Origin: a bacterium
Lineage (GTDB): Bacteria; Margulisbacteria; WOR-1; O2-12-FULL-45-9; XYB2-FULL-48-7
Reading direction: 5' to 3'
Length of the DNA stretch: 38,687 nt
Assembly (NCBI GenBank): GCA_043812655.1
Contig: JBDRLW010000045.1
Span: 1 to 38,687, forward strand
Shown: positions 19,663 through 27,649 of the stretch, one piece after another
Layout of the letters: each line of letters begins with the position of its first letter
How positions within the stretch are numbered: position 1 is the stretch's first letter
Program-made: the position numbers and the translations under genes
The notes under the pieces: generated by a model
Database searches by the model: none
The model's input: only the letters and a program-made list of their open reading frames with translations
What the model was told of the DNA's origin: nothing

Positions 19663-20176
19663 CTAATTCTTTCTTTGTCCCACTATTATCGATCACGACA
19701 TCCGCGGCTTTAAGGTAATCCTTCTGCGATCTTTGCGAATTAATTCGTAGTAATGCCTCTTGCTTTGTTAATCCTTTAGCCATCAGCCTTTGGAGTCTGA
19801 CCGCCTTAGGCGCTACCACCACCCAAACCTTGTCAACTAATTCCGTCAAACCGATCTCTTTCAAAACCGCGGCGTTAATAACAATGAAAGGTTTTAGGCC
19901 GTAGGCACTAGGGGTTAGGTTAGACAACAAAGATTCAATCTTTTTTTTCAAAGCCGGATGAATTATTTGATTAAGTAATCGCAACTTTTTCTTGTCGGCA
20001 AATACGATCGCACCAAGTTTTTTCCGGTTAATTGTACCAAAGACTTTCAGAACTTCTGGGGAGTAAAGGGTATGCGCCAACTTGTCGGCGTCGATGACTA
20101 TCGCCCCGTGCTTTTTTAATATTTTGGCAACCGTGTCTTTCCCGGCGGCTATGGGGCCAGTTAATCCGATGATCAT
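19637..20176 (-). CDS. coaE: dephospho-CoA kinase
   Basis: [42 protein letters not shown]. Confidence 0.93.
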   Translation of the reverse strand: MIIGLTGPIAAGKDTVAKILKKHGAIVIDADKLAHTLYSPEVLKVFGTINRKKLGAIVFADKKKLRLLNQIIHPALKKKIESLLSNLTPSAYGLKPFIVINAAVLKEIGLTELVDKVWVVVAPKAVRLQRLMAKGLTKQEALLRINSQRSQKDYLKAADVVIDNSGTKKELDGQIRASL

Positions 20177-20197
20177 AGGTAAATTATATCACGCCTG

Positions 20198-22471
20198 TTA
20201 TTCTTTTCTGGGCTCAATAACTAGATCAGTTCCGTTAGTCCTGACAACAATGGACCCCACTTCATCAGTTCGATAAACTTTGGCTCCACAATCTGCCAAT
20301 CTCATTAACGCGGCTTTGGTTGGGTGACGATAACGATTATTCTTGCCAACGGGAATCACCGCGATCTTTGGTTTGACCATTGCCAGGAATTCAGCCGAAG
20401 AAGAGGTTGCGCTCCCATGATGTCCCACCTTAAGAATGGTTGAACCGAGATTTCCGCCGGCATAATTCAAAACTCTCTCCTCCCCCGGGAACCCAAGGTC
20501 GCCAGTCAGCATAAATGAAATGTTTTTATAGGCCAGGCGGATCACGATTGAATCGGAATTCGTATCGTTAAGTAATGGGTCAAAGGGACTTAGAATTGTC
20601 GCGTTAATGTCTTGCCCAAGCGATAAGGTTTCTCCCGCCCGGCCAGCGGAATACTTTATCCGGTTAAGGTCGATCAGCTCCTTAAACCGCCGATAAACTT
20701 GCGAGTCAAAAATCGCCCCATTATCAATTACGGCCTCGGTTTTTATTTTATCCAACACCACATTTAAACCTCCGATATGGTCATTGTGAGGATGGGTGGC
20801 AATCACTAAATCTAGGCTGTTAATCCCCTTCTTTTGTAAAAATGGCAGGAGAACTTTACTGCCAATCGGATCAACTTCTTTCTTCCCTTCACTCCCACCC
20901 CCATCAATTAATATCTTTTTCCCTTCCGGCGTTTCGATCAAGGTCGCATCGCCTTGCCCCACATCGATAAACGTCACAACTAACTCTCGGCCTAATAATT
21001 TGGCTGGCGCAAAGGCCCAATTCCAAACAATTATTACTAGCAGAAAAGTGACACCAAAGATTAATTTCTTTTTCGTAATCCTTATCTTTTCGTCTTTCCT
21101 TAAGGCTTCAATAAGTGATATTAACCCAAGGTAATAACCCCCAATCAAAACAATCGAAGGCGTAGCAATGTAAAAATATGATAAGGGGATCAAAGAGACA
21201 AACCAGGAGATCTTATCCAAAGCGATCAACATCAGCCAAATCGTGTTGCCGAGTATTTGCGCCAGCGGCAGGAAAACAAAGCCTAATAATGTCGTGCCAA
21301 ACCCCAGGATAACCAGGAATTCAACCCAGGGCAAGACAAGCAAATTAGAAATGATCGCTCCGGGTGAGATCTGGCTGAAATATAAAGCGATCAAGGGTGA
21401 AGTCGCCATGATCGGCGCCAGAGAAACGGCGATCATGGGCGGCAACTTCTTTTCCATAACTGGAGCAATGTAGACAAGCGCCCAGGTCGCGGTAAAAGAC
21501 AATTGAAACCCGATATCAAATAAGGTGGTCGGATCAAACAATAATAAAACCAACGCCGACAAAGAAAGCGCTGTATAAAATTCCTTTTCCCGTTCGAATA
21601 ATAAGCCAAGGAGCGTAATTTCCCCCATTATCGACGCCCGCAAGATAGACGCCCCGCCCCCGGTAACAACAACTAGCATCAAATTTAAAAAAGAGGTTGA
21701 AACAACGCTTAGCCAAAGAGGCATTTGAGCCGCCCTAAAAATTGCCAGCCCGACCCCAATTAAGATCGAAACCTGCGTCCCGGAAACAACTAAAAGGTGG
21801 ATCAATCCTGCTTGCCGGTAGCTATCTTTTACCTCGGCATCAAGCGGCGAAACAGAACTACCAAGCAAAATACTCCCTAAAAGTGAGGCTTCTTTGGCCG
21901 GCAAGATCTTATTTAGAACTTCATTAAATCTTTGGCTGAACCAGATGGCAACTTTTTTTAACGGGTTCCCAACATTGCCAGGAAGTTTCTCATAAAATTC
22001 AGCAAATATCATCCCGTTATCTTGGATGGCACCCCGAACACTGATCTTATCCCCATAATCAAGTTTGGCCTCTCTTTCCCTAATAAAGACAAAGATATTG
22101 CCGCTGGCTCGTTTTTGCTCTCCGCCTTTAATAATTTCTCTAACCTTAAATGGAAAAAAAAGCCCCTTTTCTTTTACTTTTGGGGCGTCATCAACTACCC
22201 CAACGACCGTTAGATACCCATTGTTTATATAACTGGTTATTCCATTTTCAGCCGGCAAGCTTTTCAGTTGAAACATAAACGCGCCTAAAAGGAAGATCAA
22301 AAGAAGAAGGAACCAATCAAGTTTAAGTTTCTGAAAATAGGCGGCTATTGATACGCCAAGAAAGATTGTTAGGGACAATAATAATAGCCAGAGAGGCATG
22401 GCAATTAATTTAGAAACTGTAATTCCAAGAGAGAAAGCTATTGTTAGGTAGACTATTGGTTTGTTATTCAT
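20198..22471 (-). CDS. comEC: DNA internalization competence protein ComEC/Rec2
   Basis: GLIHLLVVSG, GFQLSFTAT, DVGQGD, THPHNDHIGG, KVGHHGS. Confidence 0.95.
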   Translation of the reverse strand: MNNKPIVYLTIAFSLGITVSKLIAMPLWLLLLSLTIFLGVSIAAYFQKLKLDWFLLLLIFLLGAFMFQLKSLPAENGITSYINNGYLTVVGVVDDAPKVKEKGLFFPFKVREIIKGGEQKRASGNIFVFIREREAKLDYGDKISVRGAIQDNGMIFAEFYEKLPGNVGNPLKKVAIWFSQRFNEVLNKILPAKEASLLGSILLGSSVSPLDAEVKDSYRQAGLIHLLVVSGTQVSILIGVGLAIFRAAQMPLWLSVVSTSFLNLMLVVVTGGGASILRASIMGEITLLGLLFEREKEFYTALSLSALVLLLFDPTTLFDIGFQLSFTATWALVYIAPVMEKKLPPMIAVSLAPIMATSPLIALYFSQISPGAIISNLLVLPWVEFLVILGFGTTLLGFVFLPLAQILGNTIWLMLIALDKISWFVSLIPLSYFYIATPSIVLIGGYYLGLISLIEALRKDEKIRITKKKLIFGVTFLLVIIVWNWAFAPAKLLGRELVVTFIDVGQGDATLIETPEGKKILIDGGGSEGKKEVDPIGSKVLLPFLQKKGINSLDLVIATHPHNDHIGGLNVVLDKIKTEAVIDNGAIFDSQVYRRFKELIDLNRIKYSAGRAGETLSLGQDINATILSPFDPLLNDTNSDSIVIRLAYKNISFMLTGDLGFPGEERVLNYAGGNLGSTILKVGHHGSATSSSAEFLAMVKPKIAVIPVGKNNRYRHPTKAALMRLADCGAKVYRTDEVGSIVVRTNGTDLVIEPRKE

Positions 22472-22489
22472 AAATACTGTGTTTGGTGG

Positions 22490-22606
22490 TGTCGGTGGGT
22501 TGAGCGACTGGAATGGTGGATGGGGATTGGTAGATAGTGGGTGGTTGATAATTTATTACTACAAACCATCAACTTATTACTATTCCAGCCGCCCAACCTA
22601 TCGACA
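22490..22606. repeat. long imperfect inverted repeat between comEA and comEC
   Basis: 29-bp arms (22490-22518 / 22578-22606) differing only by A/G transitions; G/T-rich left half, A/C-rich right half, inner heptamer periodicity. Confidence 0.8.
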
Positions 22607-22644
22607 ACTCCCCCTTAGCGCCTTTGCTCCTTTGTGTTAAAATC

Positions 22645-23265
22645 TTAAATTCTAATCCTATCTTTTATCTTCTCAAACTTACTCTTCCCAAACTTAGGAA
22701 TTTCCATGATCTGCTCGATCCGGGCGAAGGGGCCGTTGCTTTTACGGTATTCGATAATTTTTTTAGCGGTCGACTTACCGATCCCCGGCAAAGAATCCAG
22801 CGCCGCCTCATCAGCAGTATTAAGATTTACTATTGGCCCTTGTTTAGGTGATGATGATCTTTTCTCTTTTGTTGGTTTCTTCGCACTTGAAGAACTTACA
22901 AGCGGAATATTAATAACTGCCGTTTGCTTAACCGGTACAATAATTTTTACCCCATCTTTAACTATTTCCGCTAAGTTCAAGCTCGAAAGATCGGCATTTG
23001 GCAGAGCTCCGCCAGCTAAATCAAGCGCTTCAAGCAACCTATCCCCCGGCTTTAACTGATAGACCCCTTCATTCCTGACCGCGCCGCAAATATGGACCAT
23101 TATTTTGATCGAGGTTGGTTTGTTTAAATTTGAATTGATCTTGATCTCATTATTTTCAAGCGGAGTGAAAAAATGTTTGTAACTTGTAACGCCAAGACCG
23201 ATGACTAGCGAGGCAATTAAACCTAAGAGTAAAAGCTTTTGTTCTTTGGTGAGGCTAAGCTCCAT
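22645..23265 (-). CDS. comEA: competence DNA receptor ComEA
   Basis: N-terminal TM, SLBB (VHICGAVRNEGVY), HhH (VNLNTA..LDSLPGIG). Confidence 0.93.
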   Translation of the reverse strand: MELSLTKEQKLLLLGLIASLVIGLGVTSYKHFFTPLENNEIKINSNLNKPTSIKIMVHICGAVRNEGVYQLKPGDRLLEALDLAGGALPNADLSSLNLAEIVKDGVKIIVPVKQTAVINIPLVSSSSAKKPTKEKRSSSPKQGPIVNLNTADEAALDSLPGIGKSTAKKIIEYRKSNGPFARIEQIMEIPKFGKSKFEKIKDRIRI

Positions 23266-23330
23266 ATATATTGTAATGGAGCAAACTTATTGCCACAATC
23301 CATCAAAATAACTTTAACGATATTTCACCA

Positions 23331-23366
23331 CCCCTCTCCCTCTGGGAGAGGGGCCAGGGGTGAGGG
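23331..23366. repeat. REP-like palindrome CCCCTCTCCC-TCT-GGGAGAGGGG-CCAGGGGTGAGGG
   Basis: Perfect 10-bp stem directly abutting the SLT stop codon. Confidence 0.85.
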
Positions 23367-23969
23367 CTAAATCTTTTGGTAGATCTTTAAGATGTCTTCA
23401 ACATAGCCTTTGGTGTGGTTAGAAAAACCGCCTTGCCTAGAAACAGCATTGGGCCCTTCTAAATAACCGGCAATTGCCGAGGCAACTTTTCCTTTAAAAC
23501 GGTCAAGAAGCGATTTCATGTAGCGGACAGTCCCTTTGGCATTTTGGTCAATATCAAAACCGTCATCGATCTTAAGCCCCTTGCAAGTTGAAGGGAGAAG
23601 CTGGCCCAGCCCCATCGCCCCGGATGACGAAACAGCCCGGGGATTGAATCTTGATTCCCGCCGCATTAGCGCGGCCACTAATTTAGGATTGACATTATAA
23701 TCTTTGGAATAACGGACGATCGAATTGGAAATTGTCGCCGCTTCTTCGGCCGGGCGATATTGGCAAATATATTTATTTATCGCGGCTTGAGCCGCCGGAT
23801 CATCGACATAACTTGGATCTGGCGCGGTGACGGAGACTTCTTGGTGGATCGTTCTGGTTTCTGGCGGTAGAGTATTACTCTTATTTGTAACACTAATATT
23901 AGTATTACCAAAGCCGGAAAAGATCGAAACAACAAAAAGAAGAACAACCGCCGCGGTCGTTACATCCAT
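23367..23969 (-). CDS. lytic transglycosylase (SLT domain)
   Basis: ESRFNPRAVSSSGAMGLGQLLPST, N-terminal hydrophobic anchor. Confidence 0.92.
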   Translation of the reverse strand: MDVTTAAVVLLFVVSIFSGFGNTNISVTNKSNTLPPETRTIHQEVSVTAPDPSYVDDPAAQAAINKYICQYRPAEEAATISNSIVRYSKDYNVNPKLVAALMRRESRFNPRAVSSSGAMGLGQLLPSTCKGLKIDDGFDIDQNAKGTVRYMKSLLDRFKGKVASAIAGYLEGPNAVSRQGGFSNHTKGYVEDILKIYQKI

Positions 23970-26161
23970 TATAATTTCCTTAAAAGGTCAGGGATCGCGT
24001 TAAAATAAGTTTTTTTCAGGGTCGCCACAGGAATACTTACCAGTTTTTTCTGGTCACCAAAAATTGAAACAGCCTGGCTGCCAACCTTGCCAATGATCGT
24101 GATGGGAGCGTTATTCAACATCGCCAGGTCAGTTAAGGAAAAAATATCTTCCGGCGCGATCGTTAACAAGAGCCGTGATTGCCCTTCGGCAAATAATTGT
24201 AAATTATATTTCTTTTGTTTTTTTAATTGGACCATTGCCCCTTTGCCCCCAATAATTGCCGCTTCAGCGATTGCCACCGCTAAACCACCTTCAGATAGAT
24301 CGTGGGCAGATTTAATTAAGCCGACATTTATTGCTTCTAAACATGTTTTTTGGACGTTTTTTTCCATTTCCAGGTCAAGCTCGACCTTATTATTTTTCTG
24401 TTCGCCGGGACCAAAAAGAATAATTAAGTCGCCTTTATCTTTGAAACCGGCAGTCACCCGCTTCTTTACGTCTTTAATTATCCCGATCATCCCGATCGTT
24501 GGCGTGGGGAGGATCGGCCCTTTAGGGCTTTCGTTGTAAAGAGACACATTGCCGGAAACAACTGGCAAGTTAAAAGATTTACAGATATCGACGATCCCTT
24601 CAACGCAAGCTTTAAATTGGTAAAACCGGTCAGGTTTTTCGGGATTGGCAAAATTCAAACAATCAGTCACCGCCGCGGGATCGGCGCCTGTCACAACAAT
24701 ATTTCTCGCCGCTTCAGCCACCGCTATTTGAGCTCCAACATATGGATCGATCTGGCAATACCGGCCATTACAATCGGTCGTCGCCGCAATCCCCCACTCT
24801 TTATCCTTTAAGCGGATGATCGAAGCATCGCCGCCTGGCAAGATAGTTGTATTCGTCTGGACCATGTGGTCATATTGCTCATAGACCCACTTTTTACTGG
24901 CAATATTGGGATCGCTTAATAATTCGATCAGTATCTTATTATAATTTAATTGTTCTTTGATCTTAAACTTAGGATTTTTAACTTCGGTCTTTTCATATTT
25001 CATTTCGTAAAGGGGTGCTTTGGCTAACTCTTCCGTTGGTGCGTCGGCGATCAAATTTCCTTTTTGGGTGATCAAAACTTTCTTTTCGGCTAAAACTGTC
25101 CCGATGACCGCGGCATCAAGCTGCCATTTTTCAAAGATTTTAAGAATTATGCCTTCTTTGCCCTTTTCAACACAAAGCAGCATCCTCTCTTGCGATTCAG
25201 ACATCATGATCTCCCACGGCTCCATCCCTTCTTCCCGGAGAGGAACTTTATCTAGGTCGATCTCAACGCCAACGCCGCCAGCATGCGCCATTTCGGCTGA
25301 TGAGCAAGTCAGTCCTGCCGCCCCCATATCTTTTATTCCCAGGACTACACCGGTTTCCAGCGCTTCTAGCGTCGCTTCGATCAAACATTTTTCGGTAAAT
25401 GGATCCCCAACCTGGACGGTCGGCCGTTTTTCAATTTCGCCCGCTTCAAATTCTGATGAGGCTAAGATCGAACAGCCCCCGATCCCATCACGGCCAGTCT
25501 TTGAACCGGCATAGATGATCGGATTGCCAACGCCAGACGCCCGGGCTCGGGCGATCTTTTCTTTTGGCGCCACACCGATCGACATCACGTTGACCAGGCA
25601 GTTGCCGGCATAAGCATCGTCAAAATAGATCTCGCCGCCAATCGTCGGCACGCCGACGCAATTCCCATAATGTTGGATCCCATCGATCACGCCGGTAAAA
25701 ATAAATTTATTAAATGGATTATTTAATTTGCCAAAGCGGAGTGAATCAAGCAGAGCAACTGGTCTAGCTCCTGAAGTAAAAATATCGCGCAATATTCCAC
25801 CCACCCCTGTCGCCGCCCCTTGTTTGGGTTCAACTTGGGAAGGATGGTTGTGCGATTCCATTTTAAAGATGATCGCCATGCCATCATAAACGATGCCGCC
25901 GGCATCTTCGCCAACTAACGATTGGTATTTACCGGTCTGGGGAAAGAGTTTGAGGTATTTTCTTGATCTGGGATAGCCGCAATGCTCCGACCATTCCACC
26001 GAAAACATGGCGAGTTCCGTGGGGGATGGTTCGCGTTTTTGGATGTCTAAGATCCGTTGGTATTCTTGGTCGTTAAGCCCGAGTTCGCGGTACACTCCCA
26101 CACCAATATTCTTACTTGCTTTGGCAGGGATATTGGTGTGGGAGTAAACTTTGGGTTCCAT
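23969..26161 (-). CDS. purL: phosphoribosylformylglycinamidine synthase subunit PurL
   Basis: WSEHC, ESHNHPS, DMGAAG, SESQERM, DCLNF, SGNVSLYNE, SAHDLSEGG. Confidence 0.97.
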   Translation of the reverse strand: MEPKVYSHTNIPAKASKNIGVGVYRELGLNDQEYQRILDIQKREPSPTELAMFSVEWSEHCGYPRSRKYLKLFPQTGKYQSLVGEDAGGIVYDGMAIIFKMESHNHPSQVEPKQGAATGVGGILRDIFTSGARPVALLDSLRFGKLNNPFNKFIFTGVIDGIQHYGNCVGVPTIGGEIYFDDAYAGNCLVNVMSIGVAPKEKIARARASGVGNPIIYAGSKTGRDGIGGCSILASSEFEAGEIEKRPTVQVGDPFTEKCLIEATLEALETGVVLGIKDMGAAGLTCSSAEMAHAGGVGVEIDLDKVPLREEGMEPWEIMMSESQERMLLCVEKGKEGIILKIFEKWQLDAAVIGTVLAEKKVLITQKGNLIADAPTEELAKAPLYEMKYEKTEVKNPKFKIKEQLNYNKILIELLSDPNIASKKWVYEQYDHMVQTNTTILPGGDASIIRLKDKEWGIAATTDCNGRYCQIDPYVGAQIAVAEAARNIVVTGADPAAVTDCLNFANPEKPDRFYQFKACVEGIVDICKSFNLPVVSGNVSLYNESPKGPILPTPTIGMIGIIKDVKKRVTAGFKDKGDLIILFGPGEQKNNKVELDLEMEKNVQKTCLEAINVGLIKSAHDLSEGGLAVAIAEAAIIGGKGAMVQLKKQKKYNLQLFAEGQSRLLLTIAPEDIFSLTDLAMLNNAPITIIGKVGSQAVSIFGDQKKLVSIPVATLKKTYFNAIPDLLRKL

Positions 26162-26203
26162 TTGTAACCAATTTTAACATTTTAGGGAAGAGATGACAAA
26201 CCA

Positions 26204-26244
26204 TAAAAAAACCGGCCTCTTAGAAATTTTCTAAAAGGCCGGTT
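26204..26244 (-). terminator. intrinsic terminator of the 26264-27112 gene
   Basis: AACCGGCCT..TAGAAA/TTTCTA..AGGCCGGTT stem followed by a U-tract on the minus strand. Confidence 0.8.
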
Positions 26245-26263
26245 AAAGTAAGATTCTGATCGG

Positions 26264-27112
26264 TTAGTTCGGTTGAGGATAAGCAATAGTAATTTCTTGC
26301 ACACCAGTTCCTCTTTGTGCCGTAAATATTCTTGAAAAAACCGGTTGATACTGGTTCATAGTTTCATACTCGCTTAGCTGAATTGGTGAAGATTGTAGGG
26401 CACTTCCCGCAAAAATATCCGCGAATGCCGTAGGATCATAAACATAAGCAAAATGCTCTTTATTAGCAACGCATCTAATATTATGTATCACTCCCTTATC
26501 CGCCCGTAAGGCACTGCCGCCTTCTCCTATTGTTTTAACTAGTACGGGATAAGAAGAAAAATCTCTTGGCCCAATTAAAACAGGGACATTAGCAACTGGC
26601 CGGTGATAATTATTGCCTCTCTCTAAATAAAGATCCACCCTACGATATTCCGATAAAGGATAAATCCCATGTAATATTATTGTATTATTTACTTTAAAAT
26701 ATGTTTCTCTTTCAGATCTATTTAAAGTGTATTCCCCCTTAAATCTATCTTCTTGTCCCGGATAATCTGTTGCCTGTCTTGGCCATTTGATCACCCATTT
26801 AAAGGATGAAACACTTCCAAGTACGTCAAAAGATACTTTTCCATATCGATCGGTTTTCTTTTCTGGCAGATCAATTTCAGGTTTACTAGGATCCCGAGTT
26901 ACTTTAAGGCCAACATTACCGAACGGAACGACCGAACCATTAGCATAACGAAATGTTAAATTTATATTTGTTGTTCTTGCTTGCTGCATTAGTGTTTTTG
27001 AAGGCAATGGCCTGGGCATTGTTCTTGACTTTATTTGCGATTCCACCCGTGTTAAAAATCCGCCCGAAACAATAAGGACCAGACTTAAGCAGAAAACCAA
27101 AAACTTTCTCAT
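26264..27112 (-). CDS. secreted hypothetical protein
   Basis: Signal peptide MRKFLVFCLSLVLIVSGG; GGAGG SD; beta-rich; own promoter and terminator. Confidence 0.8.
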   Translation of the reverse strand: MRKFLVFCLSLVLIVSGGFLTRVESQIKSRTMPRPLPSKTLMQQARTTNINLTFRYANGSVVPFGNVGLKVTRDPSKPEIDLPEKKTDRYGKVSFDVLGSVSSFKWVIKWPRQATDYPGQEDRFKGEYTLNRSERETYFKVNNTIILHGIYPLSEYRRVDLYLERGNNYHRPVANVPVLIGPRDFSSYPVLVKTIGEGGSALRADKGVIHNIRCVANKEHFAYVYDPTAFADIFAGSALQSSPIQLSEYETMNQYQPVFSRIFTAQRGTGVQEITIAYPQPN

Positions 27113-27155
27113 CTTCTATTCCTCCCTTAATCAAAATATTCCAGCCTAATACCCG

Positions 27156-27593
27156 CTAGTTTACACACCCCCCCCCCAATCTGTCAAGGGGGAATTTTTT
27201 GTAGGAGAGTAAAATCTTAATGGTGTAACCATTGAGAATATGGTCGCGGAGCGTTTTGGTCGCCCACTGACGGAAGGTTGTTGTTTTTTTACTATTTACC
27301 CTATAACCCACAGATAAAATCATATCAAGGTTATAATATTCAATATTACGGGAAACAACCCTCGCACCTTCAGACTGAACTGTTGCATATTTTGCAACAG
27401 TTGAACCAGTTAATTCTCCGGTTTTTAATATGTTATTAATATGACGGGATATGCCTGACTTATCAGTTTCAAAAAGATCTGCTATCTGATTTAACGTCGC
27501 CCAGATCGTTTCTTTCCCGGCGTCAGCTTTTAGTTCCAATGCTCCAGCAGAGCTTTGATAAATAATAAGATCTTTATTGCCTGTTTTTCTCAT
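27156..27593 (-). pseudogene. 3'-truncated RhuM-family (RhuM/Fic) gene
   Basis: ETIWATLNQIADLF, ISRHINNI, YNLDMILSVGYRVNS, FRQWAT; similarity stops after GYTI and the frame runs into the neighbouring promoter. Confidence 0.75.
27158..27187 (-). promoter_or_regulatory. sigma70 promoter with G10 tract in spacer
   Basis: TTGACA-gatt-G10-tgtg-TAAACT (18-nt spacer). Confidence 0.65.
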
Positions 27594-27649
27594 TTGGAGG
27601 TAATTTTATCACTTTAAAGGGAGGTCGACAAACTAAACAATCAGAAGAA

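Noticed and set aside
24955..24990. Repeat-like segment in purL (EVKNPKFKIKE)
   Set aside because: Periodicity is weak and closer to 6 than 7, so it cannot be assigned to the heptamer family.
26221..26250. GAAATTT as another alternative-sigma promoter
   Set aside because: It is part of a terminator stem and has no SGATA box at the required spacing.
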